Source: Felis catus (Eukaryota). Taken from it: a stretch of 64,000 nucleotides of DNA. The DNA is taken from positions 92,444,001-92,508,000 of the forward strand of contig NC_058368.1 of assembly GCF_018350175.1 (NCBI RefSeq), read 5' to 3'. This document shows, piece after piece, positions 12,720 through 25,783 of this stretch. Position numbers and translations under genes: made by a program. The notes beneath the pieces were generated by a model. It searched no databases. It saw nothing but the letters and a program-made list of their open reading frames with translations, and was not told the origin of the DNA. Numbering within the stretch: the first letter of the stretch is position 1; every line of letters begins with the position of its first letter.

Positions 12720-12942
12720 GGGGCGCCTGGTTGGCTCAGTCGGTTGAGTGACCGACTTTGGCTCAGGTCATGATCTCGCGGTCCGTGAGTTTGAGCCCCG
12801 CGTCAGGCTCTGGGCTGACAGCTCAGAGCCTGGAGCGTGTTTCAGATTCTGTGTCTCCCTCTCTCTGCCCCTCCCCCGTTCATGCTCTGTCTCTCTCTGT
12901 CCCCAAAATAAATAAACGTTAAAAAAAAAATTAAAAAAAAAA
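12720..12942 (+). mobile_element. SINEC_Fc-type SINE
   Basis: Full body with retained CpGs, inserted next to an A-run. Confidence 0.93.
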
Positions 12943-13044
12943 CAGACTCATTTTCTTTTTTGTAATTTCTGAAGATTTTAGATATGAGGACGAGGTAGGT
13001 GCCATCTTGATCCAATCTGCTTAGCTACTTAAAATTGTTTTTTT

Positions 13045-13246
13045 TTCTATTAAAAATGGTTTTTTTAAGTTTATTTATTTTAAGAGACAGAGAGAGTGAG
13101 CAGGGGAGGGGCAGAAAGAGAGGGAGACAGAATCGGAAGCAGGCTCCGCGCCATTAGCATGGAGCCCCATGACGGAGTGGAACTCAGGAACCGTGAGCCA
13201 AAACCAAGAGTTGGATGCTCAACCAACTGAGCCACCCAGGCACCCC
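13045..13246 (-). mobile_element. CanSINE
   Basis: TSD TACTTAAAAT(t/a)GTTTTT. Confidence 0.9.
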
Positions 13247-13763
13247 TACTTAAAATAGTTTTTATTTGTAAATAAGAAATAGGACACAGAATTTCAGCAC
13301 ACCCTTTTCCCAGATTCACCTATTATTAACATTTTGGCACATTTTGATTTATTTGGTTTGTCATTTGCCCTTTGAATGTATGTGTGCGTGTATATATATA
13401 CATATGTATCTATCATCTATCTGTCTATCTATTTATCTAACTATCATCTATCTATCTAATTTTGGAACCAATTGAAAGCTGCATAGAGTATAACTAAGTA
13501 CTTCACTGTAGATTTCCGAAGAATAAGATCCCCTGCACTACAGGATCTGGCTTAGGATGAAGTAATGCATTTAACAGTGATGTCTTTTTAGTATCCACAA
13601 TCTGGAACAATTCTTCAGTCTTTCCTTTTCTTCTATGACATTGAAATTTGTAAGACTGTGGTCCCCTTTCAAAGCAGAACGTTCCTCATTTAGGGTTTGT
13701 GTATGTTTTGTCTTGATCAGTTTTAGGTTATGCACCCCCCCCCAGTCAGAATACTACAAAAGT

Positions 13764-13983
13764 GGGGCGCCTGGGTGGCTCAGTTGGTTAAGCATCCGAC
13801 GTGGGCTCAGGTCATGATCTCATGGTTGGATTGGTTCAAGCCCTGCATCAGGCTCTGTGCTGACAACTCAGAGCCTGGAGCCTGTTTTGGATTCTGTGTC
13901 TCCCTCTCTCTCTGCCCCTCCTCCACTTGTGCTCTTTCTCTCTCTGAAATGATACATAAATTATAAACTGTATTAAAAAAAAA
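13764..13983 (+). mobile_element. CanSINE
   Basis: Perfect 16-bp TSD AGAATACTACAAAAGT. Confidence 0.95.
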
Positions 13984-14194
13984 AGAATACTACAAAAGTG
14001 ATACTGTGTGCTTCTCAGGGTGTGTCATCCAGAGACAACAGTTTCCATTGCCTTTAACTTACAATGATTTTGATCAGTGTAGCTTGATTTCTCTACTAGA
14101 TGATATTATTTTCTCCCTGGCTCCTAATAAGCAATCTTTGGTGAGACGTTTTCAGACCATGCAGATATCCTGTTCCTCATCAAAGTTTACTCCC

Positions 14195-14930
14195 TACACA
14201 CCCATTTAGAAATGGCTAAAATTAAAAAAAAAAAAAAAAAGGAGTGACAATACCAAGGATACAGAGCAACTGTAATTTTCCTATATTACTGTGGGAATGT
14301 AAAATGGTGCAACCACTTTGCAAAATATCTGGGAGTTTTTAAGAAAGTTAAACATGCACTTTCCATATGACCTAGGACTTTGCTCTCTGTTATTTATCCC
14401 AGAGAAATAAAAGCCTACGTCCATACAAAGGCTTGTGAAGAAATACATACATGGCAGCTTTGCTTATCATTGGCCCAAACTGGAAACAACTGAAATGTCC
14501 ATCAATAGGTGACCACAGATACAAATTGTGGTGTATTCATACCATGGAATAAGACTCAGCAATGAAAAGGAACAATATTCTGATACATGCCACAGAATGT
14601 ATGAATCTCCAAAACGGTATGCTCCATGAAAGAAGCCAGAGACCAAAGAATATGGGATGTGTGGTTCCATTTATGTGAAATTCTAGAAAAGGGAAAACTA
14701 ATATCTATGAGAGAAAACATATCCATGGTTGCCTGAGGCTGGGAGTGTGGGGGGTGTTGACTGCCAAGGGGCACATGGGAATTTTTAAGGTGATGGAAAA
14801 GATTTTAATCTTGATTTTAGTGGTGGCCACCTAGGTATATAAATCTGTAAATCTATAAATCACAACTCCTCAAACTCTACAAATAATGGGTGAACCTTAT
14901 TATGTGGCAATTTTGCCTTTATAAAGTTGG
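14195..14930 (+). mobile_element. Ancient L1M 3' end (ORF2 tail plus 3' UTR)
   Basis: TACACACCCATTTAGAAATGGCTAAAATT, GGGAATGTAAAATGGTGCAACCACTTTG, AAATGTCCATCAATAGGTGA. Confidence 0.85.
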
Positions 14931-15015
14931 CAATTTCCCTCCTATATTTAGCATCCATTTATGATTCTGCCCTGAACTGGTCTTCATTGTTAGGGTTAGA
15001 AAATGATGATTTGCT

Positions 15016-15245
15016 GGGGAGTCTGGGTGGCTCAGTTGGCTAAGCATCTGACTCTTGATTTCTGCTCAGGTCATGATCTCAGTGTTTGGTTAGTGAGTTT
15101 GAGCCCCAAGTCAGGCTTTGCACCAACAGCACAGAGCCTGCTTGGGATTCTCTCTCCCTCTCTCTCTCTCTGCCCCTCTCCTCTCTCACACATACGTTCT
15201 CACTCTCATAAATAAGTAAATAAACATGAAAAAAATTAAAAAAAC
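15016..15245 (+). mobile_element. CanSINE
   Basis: Head, CT region and A-tail. Confidence 0.9.
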
Positions 15246-15721
15246 AAGAAAATTATTTGTTAGCTCCAACATTCTCTCCATGTTTGCTACTTGGTACTTG
15301 GCTTTCTTCTATTAGCAAGTGTCCGCCCTTGTGCCAGTATCATTCTTGCCTTGTTTGTTATCATTTTCAACTCACTGAGTCCCATTTCCCCATGAAGGGC
15401 TTATAATTTATTAATGCCTTTAACTCTTTTTGGCACTTACATTGTCTTGTCTTTGTCTCTAGGTCGCCCCAACAGGCTGATGCCTGTGTCCTTGGGACAC
15501 GCCCCATCCTTTGTTTTTGAGGACTTCTCTCCTTTCTGGTGTAAGACGAAGTTCCAGACTCATCTTGAACTTTCTCTGCGATAGACCGGGAATAGCTATT
15601 TTTTAAGCCATCTTGCTCTCTCTTAGTGAGGAATGGTAATAGAAACCAGGATCTGGCTGTTAGATGTGCTCAATGCTCCTGGGCCACTTGTGCTTCTAGG
15701 CTCTTTCAGAGCTATTAAGTT

Positions 15722-15913
15722 TGTTTCCTTTCCTTCCTTCTTTCCTACCTCCCTTCCTTCCTTCCTGCCTTCCTTCCTTCCTTCCTTCCTTCCTTGTAGG
15801 CTCCATGCCCAGCATGGAGCCCAGTGTGGGGCTTGAACTGACAATCCTGAGATCAAGAGCTGAGCTGAGGTCAAGATTCAGATGTGTAACCAACTGAGCC
15901 ACCTAGGTGCCCC
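15722..15913 (-). mobile_element. CanSINE whose tail has become a (GGAA)n microsatellite
   Basis: Imperfect (TTCC)n at about 15727-15795 directly adjoining the SINE body. Confidence 0.88.
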
Positions 15914-16315
15914 CATGTTTTCTACTAGAGTTCTTTTAGAAAGGAATGAAAGGAATAGAAGGAATAGGGATTAATTGCACTAGAACTCTCTGCAAAGAAG
16001 GTGAGGAAGAGGAGTAAGTCCAAAAAGGGAGAAAATAATTCTTAAAAAAAACCTTTTTCTGGAAATCCTCTAAAATCCTAACCTAAAGCCATAATCACTT
16101 AATATTTGTGTGCTCTAGACTTTGCTTTAGCCCCTTTTACTAATTGCCATCACCTTGTATTCTTCATTTACTTTGTGTATTTTCATGTTTATTGTCTTGG
16201 CCAGAAAGCAAATACCATATTTTCATCAGAGCTCTGTTGGCCACACTGCTTCTCAGGAAGGCAGCTGCCTCTGTGGGGTGTGCATGTATGAATGTGGTTG
16301 AAAGTGTGTGTGTGA

Positions 16316-16526
16316 TTTATTTTTTTAATGTTTATTTATTTCTGAGAGAGAGAGAGAGACAGAGCACGAGTAGGGGAAGGGCAGAGAGAGGGAGACACAG
16401 AATCTGAAGCAGGCTCCAGGTTCTGAGCTGTCAGCACAGAGGCCAACATGGGGCTCAAACCCATGAACCATGAGATCATGACCTGAGCTGAAGTCGGAGA
16501 GTTGACTGACTGAGCCACCCAGGCGC
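16316..16526 (-). mobile_element. CanSINE
   Basis: Full body, TG-repeat TSD. Confidence 0.92.
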
Positions 16527-17614
16527 GCTTTGTGTGTGTGTAATTTAGGAAGGAGACACAATGTGATCAGAAAATGGAGGTGGGATCTAGGACAGCAGGC
16601 TTTGGAATTCTGCTTCCAAGTAAGGTAGGGCAAAGAGAGAATCTGAATAACTATAATTTCACAAGCTTCTCCATACTGTTAACAAGGCAGCCTGACCAAG
16701 GGTATATGAATGTTAAGAGAGGTGGTTCCTAGATTTTCTTCTTGTTACTGGAAATATCCATCAATGAGTCTAATCTATGGTACCATTGTTGCTTAATCAG
16801 ATATCCAGGGAACTGTGGCATGCCAGGAGGTCCTCTTAGAACTCAATAATAAGGCACAGATGACCTTTCCTCACATCATAGCGTATTTGTCACCCTGTAG
16901 ATGTAAGAGAATGGTTGGCTTCTATAATGGGAAATAGATGAAACCCTGACACTTGAGTCATTTAATACTGAACTAAGAGAACCCCGGAGAATACACACAG
17001 GAAACATTGACAGGAGATGGGAAGGCCTTCTCCAGCTATAATTGGTATTATTGAATAAGAAGAAGACAGGGATGCCCATTAAGTGATTGGAATGGCTGTC
17101 TCAGCTCGTGTTTCCTGTAGCGAAATCAAATTTACAGAATGGAAACTCCATTATAGTGTTTTCTTTGACTCATCCAACAGACACACTGAGCACATTATAA
17201 TGGAAACTCATCATGGTAATGCTAATTGTTTTCTTCTCATTTTACTCCTATTCTTATTTTTCATTTTGCAGACAGTGGACTTTATTGGTTTTGTAAAAAG
17301 GATATAAACTTTATTAGAAATTCAAGTCATAAAGAAAAGGAAAATGGAATCGCTTAAAGCCCCATTTAGGATTGTTCTTAATATTTGGTGAACCCTATTC
17401 TATAGGGGTTTTAACTCACATATTCAGGCAGGATAGATAGGAATCATCTGGAAAACTGAGATCATATGTTACATACTAATTTAAATAAAATATATCAAAT
17501 AAACTTCCCTTGACTTTCACTTCGTTCTGCAGAAGAGACACTAATGTTAAATGAAGGAATTGCTGAAATCCAGTAAATATTTTTTCACTCTGTGGGATTT
17601 GGAAAAATGAAGAT

Positions 17615-17734
17615 GTACATGTATGTATGTATCTGTGTATGCACTTGGCACATGTGATGTTGTGTTTGCACATGTCTGTATGAGTGTATGCCTGTATATG
17701 TGTACATGTGTATGCAGGTATGTTTCTGTGTGTG

Positions 17735-17773
<39 letters not shown>

Positions 17774-17790
17774 GTATGTGCACATGTGTA
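17615..17790. repeat. (TG)n microsatellite with degenerate TG-rich flanks
   Basis: Near-pure TG run at about 17727-17771. Confidence 0.95.
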
Positions 17791-17853
17791 TTTGTAAAAA
17801 TGAGTGTTTGGAACTGGAATCCCTAATTCTTACATACATTGAAAATGCCTTTT

Positions 17854-17997
17854 GGGGCACCTGGGTGGCTCATTTGGTTGGGCGTCCGACTCTTGATTTC
17901 TGCTCAGGTTGTGATCTCACAGTTGTGAGATTGAGCCCCGCATTGGGCTCCATCCCGAATGTGGAGCCTGCCTGGGATCCTCTCTCTCCCTCTCTGC

Positions 17998-18031
<34 letters not shown>

Positions 18032-18063
18032 AAATAAATAAATAAAACTTAAAAAAAAAAAAA
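17854..18063 (+). mobile_element. CanSINE
   Basis: Head, (CT)n and A-tail. Confidence 0.92.
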
Positions 18064-18806
18064 GAAAGTACCTTTCTTGCAAGAAGTCTTGAGTCAAACT
18101 TTCTTTCCTTGGGAGATTTATGGACATCACTAGCAATAATCTGTTTTTTCACTCTATGGGGCTTGCTTCATAGGTGTAAATGTCTATACAATTTTTTTTA
18201 TGTACTTGAAGCCCAGAAACTCCTTCAATAGTCTATCATTCACTGTTTTTCACAGCACTTGGTATAGGCTTTTGAGTTGCACATTCAAACATTTCTTGCT
18301 TTCAGGAGAAATACTAACATACATTTGCTAGGTCAGTGTTGATTTTGGTAGATTGTCATATTTCAGGAGTTTCCTCCTATTCCTGTTTCACCTCAGTTTT
18401 TATCCGAAATGACTATTCGATTTTATAAATTTTCTTTCCTTCAGTTTGCTGATGTAATCATTGCACTGGTGTCTTATATGTGTTTGCATCCCTCCAACAA
18501 AATACTTCTTGGTCATGGCGTCTTGTTTCAATATGCTGCTGGATTTAATTAGATGATGTTTTATTTTGAATTTTTGTATCTGCATTCACGAGTGCAGTTT
18601 ACATACTTTAACTAATATTGATGTGAAGGTATTATTAACTTTACAAATAACTCTCTTTTTGTGCTGTTGTCTGAACTAGTTTCACTATTATAAGACTAGG
18701 AATTGTCTGTTTTATAAAGTTTTATTTTAACCTGCTCACAAAGCCCACTGATAAGAATACTTGAGGTGAGGATCTTAAATGATAGATCTTAAAAATTGCT
18801 TTTCAT

Positions 18807-18958
18807 GGGGCGCTCCGCTGGTTAAACATCCGACTCTTGATCTCAGCTCAGGTCTTGATCTCAGGGACTTGAGTTCAAGCCCCGCATTGGGCTCCACGCT
18901 GGGAATGAAGCTTACTTCAAAACAAAACAAAGCAAAACAAAACAAAACAAAACAAAAA
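18807..18958 (+). mobile_element. Short CanSINE with an (AAAAC)n tail
   Basis: No CT segment, tail AAACAAAACAAA. Confidence 0.88.
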
Positions 18959-19158
18959 CCCCTTCTTTTCAGACCTACGATTTATTTTTCTAGAAAATCA
19001 TCCAAGTCCTTTGGCTCTTCAGCAATGTTGATAATTGCAGATGATATTCTTTTGTAAGTCTTCTGATGTCTTCTATACTTTATAGCATTTTTTGTAGTTA
19101 ATATTGTTAATTTTGTGTTCTCGCTTTTCTAGGAATTGATTTAATTCACTTTCTTTGT

Positions 19159-19256
19159 GGGGCATCCAGCTGGCTCAGTTCGTGGAACATGCGACTCTTA
19201 CTCTCAGGGTCATGAGTTCAAGCCACATGTTGGGGGTAGAGGTTACTGAAAAAAAA
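19159..19256 (+). mobile_element. Short old tRNA-like CanSINE
   Basis: tRNA-like head plus A-tail, TSD TTTAATTCACTTTCTTT. Confidence 0.88.
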
Positions 19257-19634
19257 TCTTTAATTCACTTTCTTTTCTAGAGCTTTTGTTTTGTTTATCC
19301 TTTCTACTGTTTGTATTTTTTCTTAAATCAGCTTTTCAACACTTTATTCATCTCTTCCTACCTATGTGTACTTTCTTTTTCCTTATATATATTTCCAATT
19401 TGTTATTTTGCATGCTTAAGTTATTCTTTTATTTTTTCTCATCAATTCTAGTCTCTGGCTTGAGTAATGAACACAAATTATGTGTATGTTGGATCCAGTT
19501 TATGTGTGGCTTTTCTTTGTAATATTTTTATCTCTTTTCCCCCTTTCTTTCTCAAATTCTACCTGCTTGCCTTTTCATCCATTCATGCTAACTCATAATA
19601 TCTTCTTTGAACTATGGAATCTCTAATTTGAGCT

Positions 19635-19866
19635 CTTTTTTTTTTAAGTTTATTTATATTGAGAGAGAGAAAGAGAAAGAGTACGAGTTGGGGAGGAATA
19701 GAGAGAGAGGAAGAAAGAGAATCCCAAGCAGGCTTCGTGCCGAGTATGGAGCCTGATGTGGGGCTTGATCTCACCATGAGATCTCACCATGATCTCACCA
19801 TGAGATTATGACCTGAGCTGAAATCAACAGTCAGACGCTTAACTGACTGAGCCACCCAGGCACCCC
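19635..19866 (-). mobile_element. CanSINE with an internal triplication
   Basis: TSD TGA(g/c)CTCTTTTT; GATCTCACCAT three times. Confidence 0.9.
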
Positions 19867-20027
19867 TGACCTCTTTTTAAATAATCAGTAAGCTTTCCGC
19901 AGTTTCTTTGAGGCTATGAATGACTATTACTCTGGATTCATTTTGGCTTTCTTTTCGGCCGTTCCCCTTTTAAATGTGTTCTCTACTTGCTGTTGCTTGT
20001 ATTTTATTCCACCTTTACCCTCCCCTC

Positions 20028-20227
20028 CTTTTTTTTTTTTTTAGATTAAAAAAAATTAGAGAGAATGCGAGTGAGGGAGAGGGGCGGATAGAGAGAGAGA
20101 GAATCCTAAGCAGGCTCCATGCCCAGTGTGGAGCCTGACATGGGACATGATCCCATGACCCTGGGATTATGACCTTACCTGAAATCAAGAGTCAGATGCT
20201 CAGACAATTGAGCCACCCAGGTGCCCC
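20028..20227 (-). mobile_element. CanSINE
   Basis: Head GAGCCACCCAGGTGCCCC and T-tail. Confidence 0.88.
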
Positions 20228-20697
20228 ACAGAGTTTTAAATGCACATGTCCAGGTTGGTTCTTTTGTGATTGTTATTCATCTCTGAGTTTGCCTGGCCAC
20301 CTGTACGGGGTGTGGGGAGGGAGTGGGTTGGTGCCCAAGAGGAGGAAAAATTATCTGGATAGTCCTAAATGTCTACTGTGATTTTCTATCTTAAAATGTC
20401 CCCCTGAAATGTGTTATTTCTCTTTTTTTCCCATGAGTCCTTTAGGTGAGAGTCTTTCAGTACTGTGATTTGTCAGCTCCTGACCCCTGCCTTGTCTTCA
20501 CACAGCCTTGTCTATGGGAGCTTCCTTGGCTCAGATGCTAGAAGTAGCCTGGCAACATGGTTCCTCCTTCAGCCCCGCCTCCCCTGCCAGGTATCTATAG
20601 GAGCTTTCACAGTTCCTCCATGGTGTTGGGCATGTCCCATGTCACAGGATCAGAAGCAATGTGTGTGCTGGCTGTAAACTTTTGAGGAAATCTGTAC

Positions 20698-21156
20698 TGT
20701 AGGGGCCAAGGGCAGGCCGCCCCAAGATGGGCCACTTTGGCATGGAACTTTACTCTGAGTTAAAAGCAATCAAAACCCAGCAGACTCAGGAAAAGCTCTT
20801 TACCTCCCCCTCAACTGCCTGCTTCTACCAGGAAAAGAGCTAGTAACACAGACTCCCCTTTACCGAAGCAACATATCTACGTAACAGGGCAGAGCCTCTT
20901 TGTTTTCTAAACATTTCCCCTCACCTTCCTGCTCATGGTCTTTCTCCTGTTTGTGTCCTTGGGCCCCAACCCCTCTCCTTAGCTCATGGAAGCATCATAT
21001 TGCCTCATTGGTTTTGCAATTTCCATGTCTGTGTAGATTCCCTTTACATATGCTATTACATTTGATTTTCCCTTGTTAATTGTTCTCATGTCGATTTGAC
21101 TCATGGTCCAGCTGGAAGGACCTTGAAGAGTAGAGGCAATTCTTTCCCCCAAAACA
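20698..21156 (+). mobile_element. Solo LTR, ERV1-like (carnivore CarLTR-type)
   Basis: TGTAGGGG...AAAACA termini, 4-bp TSD GTAC/GTAT, LTR-like start CCCCAAGATGGGCCACTTTGGCATG. Confidence 0.7.
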
Positions 21157-22334
21157 GTATGTTGCTTGAGACATGGGTAGGGTATTTTGCACACTCCCTT
21201 GTCTTAATCCCGACTTCACGGGATTTGGCTGGTAGGCCTCTGAGTTTGTAGTCAGTGGTTCTGTGATCGTTCCCACTGAGCCTTTCAGAGAGCCCAGGAT
21301 GAAGCAGCTGAGTGGGTGTTCAGGTCTGCCAAAGAGAAAGGCAGCAAGGGAGAAGAGAAATAAACTGTGAAAATCTACCACCCAGTTCATCAGTCCTTGA
21401 ATTACTGAGCCATCTGTATTCACTTTAGAGCAGAGAGGAGAGGCAGACCATTTATACTGGGACAAAGTGACTTACTGGGATTGATTTTGTTATTCTTTGA
21501 AGTCTCAGAGTGGTACAGCCCAATTTATATTTATATTTTGGCAGGTAAGATGCTTCATATGCTCAAGGTTGTGTTTATCTATCTCTGGCGTCAGCCTCCT
21601 TGCTTCTGTTGGTGGAGATTTAGTGGGTGACTCGTGTGCCCTGTTTCAACATTAATAACTAGAAGTCCACATCTGTTTCCAGAGGTAAACAAGTTGAACT
21701 CTTCAACCAAATGGCCTCAAGTAGCTGCCAAGCAGCCACCAGAGTGAACACGTATCTGAGATCGGGTGGGAGACGGGTGTGCTGTTGTTTCCCAGTTCCA
21801 AATGCACCTGTCTGTACCCCTGCTTTGTGATGCTGTGGAACAGCTTTCTCTTTTGGATGCTAGCTTTCCCGTAGGTCTGCCTATAGGAGGCACTAGAGAG
21901 CAACCGGAAGGCTGGTGGAGGGAGAAGGTGTACATTGTCCTGTTGGCTCCTTGTTCCTGCCAGCAAGGCCTCTTCATCTTGGCAGTGCACTTAGTTCAGG
22001 TCTCCAGCTGTTTTTTCCCAGCTTTCCAAGAACGAGCCTCATCATGCCTCTTGGGATATAGTAGCACCAGCCAGGCGGCTCCCTTCCTGAGGGGATTTGA
22101 GTTCTAAGAAGTAAAGTTGGCGTTGTGCGTTTCACGTGACATATTTATATTGTAACCAAAGTTTATCATTGAAGGTTGATGGTTTACTGACCTTAAGGAG
22201 TCATGAGTAGGGAGCTCTAGGAAGACTTAAATTAATAAATAATAAGGGAGAAAGGGAAAGAGGGTGGTCGGATTCTGATACTGAAGTTCTTTGGCTCTTC
22301 AGCTGGTTGTGGTACAAACCCAACAAATAAATGC

Positions 22335-22677
22335 TTTATATATATTTATAATATATATTATTATAATATATGTTACATATTATATAATATATGACATAAT
22401 AATATACATTATTATATTGTATATATACAATATATATTATATATTGTATATTTATAATATATAATATATAATACATAATATATAATATATTATAATATAA
22501 TATATATAATTTGTGATATATAATATATAATAATATAATATATTATATATAATGTGTAATATATAATATAAATAATATATATAAATAATTATATACTATA
22601 TATAAATGTATATTTATATAAAATATATATATTTATATATTTACATATACATATATATAACATGTATAATATATATT
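22335..22677. repeat. Complex TA-rich low-complexity tract
   Basis: About 340 bp, almost entirely A/T, with TATAA/TATAT units. Confidence 0.95.
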
Positions 22678-23232
22678 TCTTTTTTTTGCTTATAGCTGCT
22701 AACAATTGCATTGCTATACTTGGGGTGATGTTCGAGTATACTGTAAAAGAAATGCAGCACTATAGCTGAAGGTGAGTGTAGTGTGTGCAGCTAGGGGAAG
22801 AGTAGGATCTAGATTCAGAAACAAAATCTTCATACAAACTACAAGTATGAAAAGTGTCAGTAATTGCACAGGCTACCCCTCCCCCTCCCATCCCCCACCA
22901 CGTGTGAAACACTTGACTAAGACACAAGGGTCCTAGTTCAGGGAAACACCCTTTCCAGAGTGTCTGGGTATCAAAGCCACCATTTTGTGGTGGAGCAGTG
23001 GCCATAAGCCCAAGGGCCTTATGGGCTTGGAAGTTTGATATTGTTACTTTTTAAAGACACATTTTAAGCATGTTTGTTCCCAGTGAAATTTGTCAGGTAG
23101 TAGTTTAAGGTTCTCACATAAGAGGTGTGACCTTTCCTTCTGTATCTAGACTGCTGTTGTGTGGCAGGCAGTGTTGTAACTTGGAAATTCTTGTCTTGCA
23201 CATGTACAGACACAAAAACACATCTATGTCTG

Positions 23233-23426
23233 TTTTTTAAAAAGTTTATTATTTATTTTGAGAGACAGAGAAAGAGAGAGAGAACCAGTGAGGGAGGGGA
23301 CAGAGGATCCAAAACTGGCTCTGCATGGACAACAGAGAGCCTGATATGGCGCTCGAACCCACTAACCATGAGATTATGACCTGAGCCAAAGTTGGATGCT
23401 TAACCAACTGAACCACCCAGGTGCCC
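23233..23426 (-). mobile_element. CanSINE
   Basis: TSD ACATCT(a/g)TGT. Confidence 0.88.
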
Positions 23427-23924
23427 TACATCTGTGTGTATTTAGTGAGCATTTGATGACTTTCCCAATGACCTTCCTTTGTGGTAATTCATTGTTAATA
23501 ATTTAACTTTCCTCGAAGGCATGATATTTACAGGGTCCTTTGGAACAATTTTGATTTTCTTTGTAATATCAGCTTGGTGGAAGTGATTTATAAAATGTTC
23601 GCTTCTATGAAAACATCCAAATTGTTTGTCCTGATATGGAAATGAGACCAGTCTGTGTTACTTTCCTGGATGAATTGGAAGAGTGCAGACCGACTGCCTT
23701 CATCTAGCAAACTGGGTTGTTTGTGTGGCTTAATCAATGAGGTCAGTATATTGGCTGATTTCTACATCCCACTCCATTTCAGAACTTGGGGAGCTCATAC
23801 TTCTCTGTCTCTATATTGACTCCTCTAAATAGCTCAGGCTATGTGATTACATTTGAAATTTCTGGAGGGTACAGTTTGAATAATGCCTCCTTATGGAGAA
23901 TGTCTTGCTTTATGGATTTGTTCC

Positions 23925-24690
23925 TTAATTTATGCAACAAATCTGGTCAGTTGTAGTTGTATGTTAGAAACTATGTGGGAAGCAGACAACACACAGATAA
24001 GATCTCTGTGCTTATGGAACTAATGTTCTAGCGGAAAGTAGTAAAAAGCATACTAAAAAGATTAACGATTGGGGCGCCTGGGTGGCTCAGTTGGTTGAGC
24101 ACTGACTTCGGCTCAGGTCATGATCTTGTGGTTTGTGGGTTCAAGCCCCTTGTTGGGCTCTGTGCTGACAGTGCAGAGCCTGGAGTCTGCTTCAGATTCT
24201 ATGTCTCCCTCTCTCTCTGCTCGTTCCCCACTCATACTTTGTCTTTGTCTCTCTCTCTCTCAAAAATAAATAAACATTAAAATAAAAAGAAAACGAAAAA
24301 GTTAATGATAATTGTAATAAGTTCTTGAAAGGAAAGGAAATATGGTCTTGGGAATAACTATGTGGTGATATGATGGTCTGGGAGGTCTCTCTGAAGAGGT
24401 GTCAGTAGAGCAAAGGCCTGAGAACAGGAGGACTCAGTCATGCTGAAAAACCTTAAGGAAGAATATTCTAGTGCAGGCTGAAGAAAGAGCAAATTCTAGG
24501 ATATCAAGGCAAGAAAGAGCTTGGGATACTTCAGTAACATGAGATAGGGAGACAGAGCATGGGAAGCAAGGAGGAACATGAGAAATAACAACCATCATGC
24601 AGGAACTTCTAGAAATTTAGAGTTTACTTGTAGGGCAGTAAAATGCCAATAAAGGAGTGTAAGCTGGTGAAGGACAAAATCTGACACATG
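23925..24690. mobile_element. L2 relic split by a SINE
   Basis: Purine-rich L2-like motifs (GGTCTGGGAGGTCTCTCTGAAGAGGTG, GAAGAATATTCTAG). Confidence 0.55.
24071..24294 (+). mobile_element. CanSINE
   Basis: TSD AAAAAG(a)TTAA(c/t)GAT. Confidence 0.9.
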
Positions 24691-24837
24691 GCAGCAGTTT
24701 TGTTCCTAATCAAAGCAGAAGGGTAGCAAGTGGACGTTTGTCCATGTTTTCATAATTGAGGAACATAACTCTTAAGTTTCTATTCCCTAAAATGTGTTTA
24801 AGATCATTATTATTTCATGTAAAGTCTAAAATCGGGT

Positions 24838-24960
24838 TGGGACGCTTGAGTGGCTCAATCGGTTAAGTGTCTGACTCTTGATTTCTGCTCAGATCATGAT
24901 CCCAGGGTTGTGAGATTGAGCCCTGTGTTGGACTGAGCATGGAGCCTACTTAAGATTCAT

Positions 24961-24996
<36 letters not shown>

Positions 24997-25062
24997 CCCC
25001 CCCCCCCTCTCTCTCCCTCTGCTCCTCCCTTGCTTGTGCACTCTTTCTCTCAAAAAAAAAAA
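24838..25062 (+). mobile_element. CanSINE with a long (CT)n/C-run
   Basis: TSD AA(a/g)GTCTAAA(a/t)TC. Confidence 0.88.
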
Positions 25063-25783
25063 AGGTCTAAATTCAGATTGGATGAGATCTTGAAAAACTG
25101 AGGACTGTGGGTAATGCATGAATATTTTTTCCATTGCCTATCTTCTGTGTTTTAAAAGTAGAAACATCCATTATAGAGCAGGCATTGCTAATGCTTAATA
25201 CTCTGATGAGGACCTCAAGGAAGCCTCGGAATTCTCTGGAATAACTTGTTTACCTGTGGGTTGAGGGGTGGGGGAGCATGGGAAGTGGCAGACTTATCCA
25301 CATGTTGACAGCTGCTCCCTGCTAAGAGTGTACCCTTGGTGTAGCTGGCAGGACTTTGAATCAGGACATTATGTCAATACCCCCTTTCCTCACTAGGTCT
25401 ATTCCCAGGCCTTGGAAGCTCCTGACTGATGCTGTAGAATGTCGTTCAAGGAAGACATGGTCTAGTCTCCAGTTTCTTAGGAAATACAAATACATATAAA
25501 AAAGAAGTTTACTTCCTGTTTATTGTCATCAGGCACATAAATGTGCCAGCTGGGCATTAGAATTAGGTTAGATTGGGGAATTAGCTTGTATGGTGGAGCT
25601 GGGGACAGAAAACGGGTGACCAGCAATCTGGTGTCTAACTTTGACGTTGTGGAAGCGTGATGGCATTGTGGAAACTTTAGTCCTACTTGTTGACCAAGTA
25701 AGGAAGAACCCAAAAGGTCAACTTTCCCCACACATTTAGGGGAAGTAAAATAGACAGCAGCAGCGCCCTGAATCTTTTAGAAC

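Larger units (their letters stand above)
13255..15710 (-). mobile_element. Fragmented ancient L1 3' region (L1MC4/5-like), interrupted by SINEs and another L1
   Basis: CCCAGATTCACCTATTATTAACATTTTG and AATAGAAACCAGGATCTGG..TAGATGTGCTC resemble the recalled L1MC 3' end. Confidence 0.6.
18070..19600 (-). mobile_element. Highly decayed ancient L1 ORF2 region, interrupted by SINEs
   Basis: TTGCATCCCT...CTTGGTCATGG...TGCTGGATTTAATT...TTTTGTATCTGCATTCA resembles antisense L1 ORF2. Confidence 0.55.

Noticed and set aside
19159..19256. tRNA-like sequences (also 38858-38978 and 48204-48265)
   Set aside because: Degenerate stems, with A-tails and TSDs where intact, mark them as tRNA-derived SINEs rather than tRNA genes.
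23002..23030. Small imperfect hairpin CCATAAGCCC-AA-GGGCCTTATGG
   Set aside because: Short and bulged; plausible by chance in 64 kb.
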